In this document: one piece after another, positions 51,391 through 63,374 of the stretch | How positions within the stretch are numbered: the first letter of the stretch is position 1 | Layout: every line of letters starts with the position of its first letter | Assembly (NCBI RefSeq): GCF_001194135.2 | Contig: NC_068981.1 | Location: 85,741,275 to 85,805,274, forward strand | Origin: Octopus bimaculoides | Lineage: Eukaryota | Direction: 5' to 3' | DNA length: 64,000 nt | Translations under genes and position numbers: made by a program | Notes under the pieces: generated by a model | The model's database searches: none | Told to the model about the DNA's origin: nothing | Seen by the model: only the letters and a program-made list of their open reading frames with translations

Positions 51391-52484
51391 ATGACCATTT
51401 AACTGGCACACCTTGAGTGAGATTGTTGGACAATAACCATAGTCTCAGTTGACCACTCTTGAAATGCAACAGGAAAGTTTAATGATAATTGCTTCTGATA
51501 GTAGGAGGTACCTGAGAATTCTATTCCCATGATCCTCTTAAGAATACCATGAAGCGAAAATGGATGGCTGGATGGGTAGAAATTTGAAACTGTTAAATTC
51601 ATAATCAACATCAGCTCTAAAGAACAAGGGTTTAACATTTGATTTATTGCAGAGATTTTTTTGAGTACTATGAAAATATTTACAATTTTTTTTTTTTTAC
51701 CAAAACCTGATGGTTTTTAAGTGCGTCGCACCAAAAAAAAATGAGCCGAAATCTCTCTGGAGGGGCTGGTAATGGTGGTGGTGGTGGTAGTGGTGGAGAA
51801 GGTAGAAAAAGAATCACAAATTTTTCAAATTATTTTGTTGTAAAAAGATACCCACCAGGTTGTCTGAAAGCTGTGGTGAAAAAATAAAAATTGGAAAAAT
51901 CTCCATCAAAATGGAGAAAATCTAACTTCTGTAGGAGTCCTTATCCAGAACTCTTCTCTTAGATGCAGGCATTGCTGTGCGGATTCAGAATTCACATTGT
52001 AACCACATGGTTTTGAGTTCTAACCCACTGTATGGCACTGGGCAAGTGTCTTGTACTGTAGCCTTGGGCTGACTAGTGTCTTGAGAATGGAGTTGGTAGA
52101 CAAAAAATATGGAAGCCAACTGTAAAATAATATCAGTTATAAGTATTTGTCTGATTCATGCTAGCATGGTAAAAGAAAATGGATGTAAAACAAAGGTATT
52201 CCACACCGGGGGAACATAACTTGAATGTAGACAGCAACAAAACATAATTTAGTAATTTTATTATTTGTTCGTTTTTATATCCTTTTCTCCATGCTAGCAT
52301 GGATTAAGAATTTATTGTACATGTCTTTGAAGGTACAAAGCTGGTGGGCAATTTCAACAAGAGAAATGGCAGCAATGTCATCACCTGTAACTGAGCAATT
52401 TTCAGAGAAATGCTAATGTAAACAAACGCACAGACACCAATACTTGTATGCACTCATACACATGCGTGCATGCATGCATGCATG

Positions 52485-52547
52485 CATACATACATACATA
52501 CATACATACATACATACATACATACATACATACATACATACATACAT
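52485..52547. repeat. (CATA)n microsatellite
   Basis: Direct reading. Confidence 0.95.
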
Positions 52548-54912
52548 AGGCTCAGGCATGGCTAGATGGTTAAGAAGTTTGTTTCCCAACATATGATTTC
52601 AAGTTCAGTCCCTTGTGCAAGTGTCCTCTACTACAGAGTTGGACCAACAAAGTCTTGTGAATGAATTTAGTACATAGAAACTGATAGAAACCTGTCATGT
52701 ATGTATGTCTCTGTGTCTGTATACATATATATGCACGCGGGTGAGTCAGAAAGTAATGCAATTTTATGCACATGCATACGTACATACATACATTATTGTA
52801 CACGCCTTTGAAGCTATAAAGCTGGTGGGTAATCTCCCGACAAAGGAAATTACACATACAACATGACTCGAATACAGACATGTTGGCATAAAGGTCTGTT
52901 CATTCTTCCACATTATGAATGTTATCCTCTCTAAAAGTTTTGCCATTGACACAAGTCTGGTAAAAGAAATGGTTATCTTTGAATAAATGCGAAGAAACAA
53001 CCCTTTTTGAAAATACTGTAGCAATAATCAAAAGTAAAATATATACCACGTTCTACAGGGAAATTCTTATGACACTTTAAAAAACCAATGGACGTTGAGC
53101 TAGATATACCAGATTGGCTGACGATTGCACGGACTACCCCTTTCCCCAAGAACAAAAAGACCACATGTGACCAAAAACTATAGGCTTATAGCATGCTTGA
53201 ATATTATGTACAAACTGTATACAGGTTGTCCGAATATGTTTCTCTAAGACCACTGCCAAATAAATGGTGTAATAACTGGTGAACAGGCAGGAGGAAAGAA
53301 AGGAATCCGGGGCTGTGCTGAACAACTCTTCAACAAAGCTGTCCTTAAGGAAGCCAAGTTACAATGTCGTAATCTCTTAACAATGTGGTTAGACTATAAG
53401 AGGATGATAAAATTACTATACCCTGCCAAAGTACCACTTGCTATAAGTGAATGTCATTGAAAGATTAACCACAATATGGTCCACAGTTATCACTGACAAC
53501 TACTAAAGGAACACTTATTGTTACAAACAAAAGTAAGCTATCAAGTCTGGTAAAAGAAATGGTTATCTTTGAATGAATGCGAAGAAACAACCCGTTTTGA
53601 AAATACTGTAGCAATAATCAGAAGTAAAATATATACCACGTTCTACAGGGAAATTCTTATGACACTTAAAAAAAACAATAGACGTTGAGCTAGACATACC
53701 AGCAACACATACTAAAGCAACACTTATTGTTACAAACAGAATTAAGCTATCAACAGGCATATTCCAGGGTAATAGTTTATCTGTAACGTTTGTATTGGTT
53801 GTGAACTCCTTGCCAGCCCCGTTGTCAAAATGCTAAGGTTACATGCTGGGGTATGCAGAAAAGAACAGAATTAATGTTACTCACACATTTTTTATTGATG
53901 ACCTAAAGTTATATTCTGGTAATATGAGCAACATCAGGAGACATTTAGAATTAGTCATACATCCTAGGAGTGGAGTTTGGGCAAGATAAATGCTCATACA
54001 TGACAGTCAATCGACTTCATGTATGACAGTCGACCAGACTGACAACATGTACATCAGTGGCTTGACTATCTTCCCTATCCCTAATAATGAAAACTACGAG
54101 TGTCTCGAAATCGATGAGAATGTTGCCTGCGTCGGTGCTGTGACTGAAGCCAGAATAACAAAAGACTTCAATAGACTCCGGAAAATATGGAACTCGGGGC
54201 TGTCTGCACTTAACAAGACCATATATCCCGTTTTTGCAATGCCAGTGTTAGGATATTAGACTGGACACTCGATGAGATATGTATCCCGGACAACACTGGC
54301 AACTTCCACATCAATAGTGACACCGACAGAATCTGTGAAACGAAGCGATGGCGGTAGAGGTATAAGGCCATTCCAAACAGCCTTTGAATGTCGTATTGTA
54401 TCAGTCAGACAACATTCGCTGAATAGTAAAGAAAAACATGAGTACTTTCTATGCATACTCGAAAATGAGAGCTACATCTTCAGAGTTGGAGAATTACTGA
54501 GCCGGTACTCTGAAAACACAACTGTCTCATGCGACCCAAAGGAGGCTGAACTGGCCTGCCTAAACAGAAGCTTGGAGGAGAAGTAGGCATCATGCCAGTA
54601 AAGAGCAATGCATGGGTACATATCCTGTCAGTTAGAAGATAACAGCATTGACAGGAAAAGTAGCCTCTCCTGGACCTGTGATAGATACATTACATGCCAA
54701 CTAGAAGGATATGCCCTCGCTATCCAGGAACAGGAGATAGCTACTACATGCCTGATGAACTAGAGAGACAAAGATATCACTAAACCTCCAAGTTGTTATA
54801 AAAATGTTGGCTCTACTGTACCAGTGTGGAAGATATCACCCACTTCAACAGCAGCTGCCCCAAAATATTTACAAAATACTACTTGCCCCTGAGGCATGAA
54901 TAGACGCAAATA

Positions 54913-55412
54913 TAAGGTGTTCAAAAAGTCTCTCCACAGTAAGTATTTTATTGCAAAATGAATATTTATAAGATGGTATAAGACTACAAAAGAATATATT
55001 GGTATAAGACTACAAAAGAATATATTGAACTTTACAAGACTTTAAAAAAAAAAACTTTATAAGAGGTGTTGAAAGTGTCCTCCTTCATTTTCAATACATA
55101 AGTTGACTATTCTACACATGTTTTGAAAGGAGGCGAACTGGCAGAAACGTTAGCACGCCGGGCGAAATACTTAGCGGTATTTCAGAGTTCAAATTCCGCC
55201 GAGGTCCACTTTGCCTTTCATCCTTTCGGGGTCGATTAAATAAGTGCCAGTTACGCAACTGGGGTCGATATAATCGACTTAATCCGTTTGTCTATCCTTG
55301 TTGATCCCCTCTGTGTGTAGCCTCTTTTGGGTAGTAGAGAAATAACACATGTTTTGAAATACATCAAGATGATAAAAAAAAAATCACTGCGGAGAGACTT
55401 TTTAACACCCTG
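54913..55412. mobile_element. Tc1/mariner-type MITE with TA TSD inserted in the Dong element
   Basis: TIRs (T/C)A(A/G)GGTGTT(C)AAAAAGTCTCTCC(A/G)CAGT at both ends, flanked by TA (54911-54912, 55413-55414). Confidence 0.8.
55129..55344 (+). mobile_element. tRNA-headed SINE with Nin-like central domain
   Basis: GCCTTTCATCCTTTCGGGGTCGAT core; perfect 15-bp TSD ACACATGTTTTGAAA (55114-55128, 55345-55359). Confidence 0.88.
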
Positions 55413-55699
55413 TACTATCTACAACACTATCCACGAAAAGGATTGCCCTGACGTATACACCAAAAGCATGTCAGAAGCAGCATGTATTCACACCTTACTG
55501 GTGGAACAGTCCAATGAAAACAACAATTCGGTGAAGACATAAGACCTGATATTGTTATACGGGGTAAGGAACAAAAGTCATGCACTGTTGTAGAGGTAAG
55601 CTGCCAGACTTCATTCACCCGATATAGATAGTAATATTTTTTTCAAGACTGGGAAACATCTATAACATGTAGATATACATTCTGGTATAGACAGTATTC

Positions 55700-56700
55700 T
55701 TTTCTGCCATTGTTAAAGTTTGTGATTAGTGTTCGGCGGAATTATCGAAAGAACATCACTTGCTTTTGCTTTGTCTACTGCCTCTAGTGTTGCATAAGAC
55801 TTACCGTCGTCTATGGTAAACAAAATCTTGTGGAAGAATATGTAATGTAAGTGATGTATGAAGTGATACACGTATTGTATAAACAATTCCTCATTTGTCC
55901 ACACTGATCTGGCAACAGTTCCTGTGGATCACAATGGACACCTCCAATGAAATGTTCTTCGTGTTTGATTGGTAGGCAGTGTCTACATAGGGAGAGTTCA
56001 GCAGGTGTATCAATATGGGACTCGGAGAGCCAAGGCAGGGTCCTTGGCTTTTTACTGAGTTCCTCTCATCAAAGTTCATTTTAATATTGAGGGGTCCTCT
56101 GCCCTTAGGGCCCGAATGCTGTCTTGTTCTGCATTGCTTGATTTCTTTCTAAGGCCCTGCTTACAGCAATCTGAACACGAAGACGCAATACGCTCGCCAA
56201 TTGCAATGAACTGCAATAAACTCATGTTTATTGTAATCAACCACTGTTATAAGCCATCTTTTCCGCCCGATGTTATAGAAACAACTTCCTTAATCCCTCT
56301 TTCATTTACGATGATACTTGGATTCTGTTATATAGTACAACCTATTTCATCCATATAGAATATGCCTTGTACATGTTCATAAATTGGTATAAATTGGTCA
56401 ATTGTCTGCCGAGTGTATGTTGATGATCTCGTTAAAATTATTGCTTCTAGAGTTCAAATTGCAAGGTTCAAACATTTTAAAAATCACAACCAGAATGCTT
56501 CACGAGCTTTATTGTTAATCCTCCAACTTTCAGGTTGTTGAAATTGTTTTGAATGACATATTTATATGCTAAGCTGCAACATTTATCTTGAGATATAATT
56601 AGCTGCGAAGATTTTTTTATACGCATGATTAACATCAATCTCTAGAAAAATTCTACATTACGTAAATTGCAATTCATTTCATTGTTAAGAATAAAGGGAA
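55700..56700 (-). pseudogene. pogo/Fot1-like (DDE_1) transposase relic
   Basis: Minus-strand fragments FYMDEIGCT..QNPS.IV.ERGIK.V.SITS; WTNEELFIQY..HF; ILFTIDDGKSY..LEAVDKAK...IIPPNTNHKL match the DDE_1 motif order, with multiple stops and frameshifts. Confidence 0.72.
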
Positions 56701-57445
56701 CCTAAGGGTTCTGTTTGTGCTTAACAATATAGTGTATTACCATTTGATTAACATAGAAGTCTGTTGTGGACAACGTAGAACGGCTACCGGAGTCACATGA
56801 ACAGTATCTGCTACAAATTGGAGAATATCTGCAGTCTACCACACTCTCTATTACTTTTGTATTCTTACTGCATCGTGTTTTAAAATGACAGCAAATTCAC
56901 ATGAATTACTTGTGAGCAATATATATAAAGTAAAAGTGTTGGGCCACGAAAGAGGAGGTTTGAGCTTCTGACCAACTCTCCTCACGAACTGCAGTTCGAC
57001 ACTTCTAAAGGCAGTTCATTTTAAAACTAGGCTTGGATTTCAAGGAAACTGGCATGAAACCGAATCAATATATCATGATAAGAGAACATTTTGCTAGACT
57101 GCATAATGCAAAAATTGCAATGAAGCTAATTTACTGTGAAAGAAAAGAAACATATCTGTCCTACTTACTCGTATATCTGCTTTTCATTGAAAGTAATTGG
57201 TTCATGAGTACTTACCTTTAACAAAATGGTGACGTTCACTATTCGCAGACGGTAGCTGTAAATACTTCCATTACTATAAATTGTTGATTGAACTAGAGGT
57301 TCAGCCCTCCAGGGTTTCCTCTTCTGCTGTTACAATCTCAGAAGCTTAGGTATCATGAACTTTGGTTGTGAGAGGAATATAGACGGATACACCTAGAAGG
57401 ACGGTTTCGCTTAGCTGTTCTAAAGTGTATGATTATGCACAGTAG

Positions 57446-58173
57446 NNNNNNNNNNNNNNNNNNNNNNNNNNNNNNNNNNNNNNNNNNNNNNNNNNNNNNN
57501 NNNNNNNNNNNNNNNNNNNNNNNNNNNNNNNNNNNNNNNNNNNNNNNNNNNNNNNNNNNNNNNNNNNNNNNNNNNNNNNNNNNNNNNNNNNNNNNNNNNN
57601 NNNNNNNNNNNNNNNNNNNNNNNNNNNNNNNNNNNNNNNNNNNNNNNNNNNNNNNNNNNNNNNNNNNNNNNNNNNNNNNNNNNNNNNNNNNNNNNNNNNN
57701 NNNNNNNNNNNNNNNNNNNNNNNNNNNNNNNNNNNNNNNNNNNNNNNNNNNNNNNNNNNNNNNNNNNNNNNNNNNNNNNNNNNNNNNNNNNNNNNNNNNN
57801 NNNNNNNNNNNNNNNNNNNNNNNNNNNNNNNNNNNNNNNNNNNNNNNNNNNNNNNNNNNNNNNNNNNNNNNNNNNNNNNNNNNNNNNNNNNNNNNNNNNN
57901 NNNNNNNNNNNNNNNNNNNNNNNNNNNNNNNNNNNNNNNNNNNNNNNNNNNNNNNNNNNNNNNNNNNNNNNNNNNNNNNNNNNNNNNNNNNNNNNNNNNN
58001 NNNNNNNNNNNNNNNNNNNNNNNNNNNNNNNNNNNNNNNNNNNNNNNNNNNNNNNNNNNNNNNNNNNNNNNNNNNNNNNNNNNNNNNNNNNNNNNNNNNN
58101 NNNNNNNNNNNNNNNNNNNNNNNNNNNNNNNNNNNNNNNNNNNNNNNNNNNNNNNNNNNNNNNNNNNNNNNNN
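57446..58173. other. Largest assembly gap (others: 1482-1667, 13696-13705, 14803-14830, 45157-45387, 63095-63104)
   Basis: N runs. Confidence 0.99.
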
Positions 58174-60060
58174 ATATTACAGGTATTTAGAAACAGGTAA
58201 TACGAGAAAGTGCAGCATTGACGACAAAACATTGTGGAGTCAATTTTAAAGCTTTGCAGAAACGACAATTTGAGTTTAGCTCACCAATTTGGACATAATT
58301 ATCATTTTTATAATAATGGGATGGATCATATCTAAAAGCAGCTCCAAGTGTTGTGAAGAACGAATTTGTACGTGGTTTGTTTCTGAGAGTTATTCTATTG
58401 GATCTCTGTGTATTCTAGTGTGCTAAACATTGTTTTAATGATTCAACATTAAGTGCTGCAGCATGCCTTTGCTGATCTTAGGAAAGTGTCATCTCCCTTC
58501 TCTCTTGAGACTGACGTGCTGCAGCATGCCTTTGATGATTTTGAGAAATTCTCGTCTCCCTTCTATCTTGAGATTCCATCTGACGTGCTTATTTCTTGAG
58601 ACTCTTGCTTTCGGTTTTCTGCAATCCTCCTTGCTTGATAGGTGTTTCTGGAGAGATTATGTTTTTTCTTTGGTGGCATATTTTTTTTTCAATATTGTAA
58701 ACAAAGAATTATGAAAATATGAAAAAATATACATTAATCTGTATTTTTGTAAGCAGTTGTATGTATGTAGTATGCCTGTATTTTTGTATGCAGTGTAAAC
58801 CAAATATAAGCAAATTGTAAATACCTTGCAACCTTGAAACTGCTTTGATAATTATGAACTGGTAATTGAACGGTAGATGTGTATTTCTATATACCTTGGA
58901 CGTGCTATCTAATTGTTTTTTCTCAAGAGTTTCGCCTCCAGCCGGTTTCGTCACATGTATATGTATGTGTAGATGTGTGTGTGTTTAATAACGTGCGCCA
59001 CGAACGCGCAGATACCTACACACTCACAGACACATATACACTCACAGACACATACACATTCATATGCAAAATGTGATGATACTCACATGTCCACTCTCAC
59101 ATACGGTCACATACATATAGGAAGAGAGACACATACATATAGGAAGAGAGACACGTAAAAACGAACATTCACGCATGTCATTCGTCACATATGTATATGT
59201 ATGTGTAGATGTGTGTATGTTTAATAACGTACCCACCGCAGAAACGCACACAGAGTCACAGAGACTCATACACCCATACACATACACTCACAGACACATA
59301 TACACTCATATACAAAAGGTGACGTCGTTCTCGTCGTGTTATAAAATGTCCTTTACTATCTCGTACGTATCGAACGCGCAAACACACAGACACATACACA
59401 CTCATATAAAATGTTCTGTACTATATAAAATGTCCTGTACTATGTCTATGAAATGTTACATTATTTTAATGGAAATGAAAAATTACATATTGACAGTTGT
59501 GGGGTGTAATACAATATAGTATGAATGACACACAGACACATACATTCACGCATGTCAGACGTCACATATGTAAATGTATATCTAGATGTGTGTGTGTGTG
59601 TATGTTGAATAACGTCTCTAACGCGGAAACACACTCAGACACATACATTCACAGACACATAGACACTCATATACAAAATGTGACGTTGTCGTCGAACGCG
59701 GAAGCAAACACATACTGACAGACACATACACATTCATACACTCACACACATACACTGACAGACACATACACTGACAGACACATACACTGACAGACACATA
59801 CACACTCATATACAAAATGTGACGGTGTCGTTGTCGTCGTCGTGGTATAAAATGTCCTGTACTATATTTGACTACAGAAAGATTATAAAATGTTATATTT
59901 GTTTTAATCGAAATGAAAAAAAATTACATGTTGACACTCATGGGGTGTGATACTATTACCTTGTAAAATTTGATTTGATTTGGTGGAGCCGTTTGAGAAT
60001 GCATTAGGAACAGACAGATATACAGAGAGATAAAGAATTATATATATATATATATATAGA
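58174..60060 (-). mobile_element. 5' part of an autonomous-derived Helitron, including the decayed start of the RepHel ORF
   Basis: A|TCTATATA 5' end at 60060. ATG at 58679: MPPKKKHNLSRNTYQARR..., ESQERRE/DQQRHAA repeats, then AAFRYDP...VQIGELNSNCRFCKALK (Helitron N-terminal zinc-finger region). Runs into an N-gap. Confidence 0.78.
58950..59960. repeat. Complex tandem repeat in the Helitron 5' region
   Basis: Three units starting CACAT(AT)GTA.ATGTA..TAGATGTG (about 58950, 59185, 59563); ATAAAATGTCC.TACTAT three times; CA-rich spacers. Confidence 0.8.
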
Positions 60061-60099
60061 TTAAGAAATTTATCTATAATAATTATTGTGGCATTTGCT

Positions 60100-60526
60100 G
60101 TTAAATTAACAGTCCATACATATATGTATATATTAAGCACATGTGTTAAATGTTAATTTAAGGGTTAATATTAAATACCTGTAAATACCTGTAAATACCT
60201 TGCAACCGCTGCGATAATTATTAACTGGTAATTGAACGGTAAATGTGCATTTTTATATACCTTGGAATTAGTGTTATCACATTGGAATTAAAAGTAAAAC
60301 AATAAAAGTGAAGCAATATTCACTTTTGACACGTAATACCGAACCAGTTTAAAATATTGCTCTGGGCCCGAATTAGGCAAGAAGTTGGAAATTTGTTTGG
60401 TTCATGACATTCCTTGGACCCTAAGTAATGCATGAGTAAAATTTGAATGAAATCGGTTAGATACTTCCCGAGTTTTAGGGATTCATACACACAGACACAC
60501 ATTCTCAGTTTTATATATATAGAAGA
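60100..60526 (-). mobile_element. Second Helitron 5' end
   Basis: A|TCTTCTATATATATAAAACTGAGAATGTGTGTCTG; 60170-60265 is homologous to 58815-58900. Confidence 0.65.
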
Positions 60527-60794
60527 TATCCGTCAACGAGTTATTAAACATGCAAACTTCATGGTTTGTGGTTGCTGTTGTTTAGTTCCCTGGAGCAGAC
60601 CTTTGGTCAGAAACAACCCAATAGTGACTATCCGGTCTAATTAAGGACATGTAGGACTAAGTTATCTAATGTGTCCTGGTCTTATTAATAAGACTAGCAT
60701 GGTTTGAGGGAGATTTAGTTGCTGTTTGTAATAGATCGAGTGTTTCATAGAAACTCTTTAGTTGGCTCGTAACTTTGTATGTGAATAGTTAGAG

Positions 60795-61134
60795 CAGGGG
60801 TCGGAGAACTTTTTTTAACCAATTACCCCCAAATATATTTATTTACACCGACGCTACCCCCTTGATTTGAAAGGAAAAAAAAATCATAGATTCTTTGAAT
60901 TCAAAAGGTTTATTGATTCTATTTTATTGAATCTATTTTATTGAATCTATTCATATGAATCTATTTACATTTCCATTACATTGGACAGATGCAATGTTGC
61001 CAGAAGAAAAATTTCTGTCGTAACAAGGAACACGTTTTTTTACGTAATTCTACTTATGTCTAATGAGTTTTCATACCCCAAAATTTCATTTTTACCCCAC
61101 TTAGGGTAATTTACTCCGGTTCGCCGACCCCCTG
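60795..61134. mobile_element. hAT (Charlie-like) MITE
   Basis: TIRs CAGGGGTCGG(A/C)GAAC; 8-bp imperfect TSD AGTTAGAG / GGTTATAG. Confidence 0.75.
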
Positions 61135-61869
61135 GGTTATAGTGATAATAGTTCAAGTCATGCACGGTCAACCTTTTCGGGAAGCGGGCCGCATGAAACA
61201 TGACTCATCGGGCGGAACACACTTTTAAAACAATTCAAGGTAATTTTTCGTTATGCTTATCGTTTAGAAAGTCCCGCGGGTGACAGTTTTCCTATGGCTG
61301 ATCTAAGCAGACTTCAAGTGAAATTACCACCAGTCATGACATTAACTCTGGAGTTTACTCGCAACTATGCGGCGTTTACCGCTGGCACTATAACAATTGT
61401 TTCTTTTATTTAAAAAATAAATTTCCTTCTTTTACACCAAGAACGCTGGTTATTTTAATGGAAGAATTAGATAGGGCAAATAAATCCTCTGAATGTTAAA
61501 ACGATGCAACAGAATATTTGGCAAAATAACGGTTTATGTTTTCAGCTTCAGTTTTTACCGCATACGTTTCTTTTCTCATAAATGATTCCTTTATCAGATG
61601 TAGTAATAATTTATAGGCATAAAATCAAAGTTGATACAAAGTGGGATTGGGGGAAAAACCCGATGATTATAAATTAGGAAAGTAATTAGAGGCTCAATCA
61701 CAAACATTTTGTTAGTTAAAGTGGTAGAATTCTTTAGAAATGTTAGTAGAAGATATCCATAAGTCAACTATTCAGGTTTTATCTATTCTACTGTGTTAAA
61801 ATTGCGGAAACGAAAATAAAAAGGTGATTTAAATTAAAGCTTATCTTTAATACAGGTTTCAAATTTTGG

Positions 61870-62060
61870 CACAAAACCAGCAATTTGGTGGGAGAGCATA
61901 AATCGATTACATCGAGCCTAGTGCACGACTGGTATTTATTTTACTGACCCCGAAAAAATATAAGGCAAAGTTGACCTCGACGGAATTTTATGTCAGAACA
62001 TAAAGATGGACGAAATGCCGCTACGGCTTTTGCCCGGCGCGGTAACGATTTTGCCAGCTC
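61870..62060 (-). mobile_element. Nin-like SINE copy, minus strand
   Basis: Reverse complement contains GAGCTGGCAAAATCGTTACCGCGCCGGGC...GAGGTCAACTTTGCC...GGGGTCAGTAAAATAAATACCAG. Confidence 0.75.
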
Positions 62061-62381
62061 GTCACTTGAAGCCAGTCTTTAATATTGATCAGATATGATG
62101 ATGATACACATAGAGGCGCACGCGTGCGTTGATAATGAGCTGAAAGAAAGAGTATTTAATACAATGAATTCTTTAACGGAATTTACATTAAATTTCTAGT
62201 ACCAGTAGTTTCATGCTAGCGGGCTTTGCAGGTTAACCTTGTAGTATGAAACCACTGGCACTAGAAATAAAGTGTGAGTGTGAGTGTGCGTGAATGTGTG
62301 AGTGTGCGTGAATGTGTGAGTGTGTGTGTATATTTGTAGATAAGTAACTAGACAGACAGACAAATATATAAACAGAGAGAC

Positions 62382-62412
<31 letters not shown>

Positions 62413-62429
62413 TAGACAAACAGATAGAT

Positions 62430-62435
62430 AAATAA

Positions 62436-62494
<59 letters not shown>
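62430..62494. repeat. (GATA)n microsatellite
   Basis: Direct reading. Confidence 0.95.
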
Positions 62495-62659
62495 TTTCAA
62501 TGAAAAGGCTGAAATCTACGTCGAAGTTTTGGATATGTAGCTTTTATCGCACAGTCCGATGAAGGCTACATTTCGGAAACTCTGAAGTAAAATAAATTGT
62601 TGTGCTGCTGAAAGGTGTTGAGTGATCCTTTAATTTAATATTTGGTGATTTTAATATGT

Positions 62660-63050
62660 GGTAAGAAGCTAGCTTCTCAACCATATGGTTCCGTGTTCAG
62701 TTCCACTGCATGGCACCTTGGGTAAGTATCTTCTACTATAGCCTCAGGCGACCAAAGTTTTGTGAGTGGATTTGGTAGACAGAAACTGAAAGAAGCCCGT
62801 TGTATATATATGTATATATCTATGTGTGTGTGTCTTTGCGTCTGTGTTTGTCCCCCACTTGACAACCAGTGTTGGTGTGCTTACGTCCCCGTAACTTAAC
62901 AGTTCAGTAAAAGAGACAGATAGAATAAGTACTGGATTAAAACATAAGTCCTGGGTTTGGTTTTACCCTAAAACCCTTCAAGGCAGTGCCCTAGCATGGG
63001 CCGTAGTCAAATGACTGAAACAAGTAAGAAAAAATAAAAGAATAAAAGAA
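62660..63050 (+). mobile_element. SINE family A
   Basis: Colinear with the 50996 copy. Confidence 0.85.
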
Positions 63051-63164
63051 CTATGCCTGAAAACACGAATAGAACATTATGTCATCACTGTAGANNNNNN
63101 NNNNTTTTAGTAGTTTATTGTATGGTAAACGAAAGACAGTTATATATAATATATTCTCTAATTT

Positions 63165-63374
63165 GTTTCAGTCATTTGATTGTGGCCTTGCTGGAGCACC
63201 GCTTTAAAGGGTTATAGTCGAAGAAATCGACCGCAGGACTTATTCTTTGTAAACCTAGCTCTTATTCTCTCGTCTCTTTTGTCGAACAGCTAAGTCATGG
63301 GGACGTAAACACACCAACACCAGTTGTCAAACGGTGGTGGGGGATGAACACAGACACAAAGTCACACACACACA
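63165..63374 (-). mobile_element. SINE family A, 3' half, interrupted by a Helitron
   Basis: TTGTTTCAGTCATTTGA...GGACTTATTCTTTG...ACACAGACAC. Confidence 0.8.

Larger units (their letters stand above)
52800..55620 (+). mobile_element. Second R4/Dong-type element (RT, CCHC knuckle, RLE), decayed and interrupted
   Basis: PDWLTIARTT.FPK; NYRLIACLNIMYKLYTG; WLDYKR; GIFQGNSLS; FIDDLKLYS; KRSDGGRG; C..VEDITH..SSCP; RPDIVI...VVEVSC. Confidence 0.85.

Noticed and set aside
59175-59815. Small ORFs rich in H/T/C/V (also 16058-16443 and 21313-21651)
   Set aside because: They are translations of CA/TG microsatellite-rich repeats.
62254-62264. TGGCACTAG match to the miR-96/182/183/263 seed family
   Set aside because: The motif lies at the 3' end of the 3' arm, whereas those matures start with it on the 5' arm.
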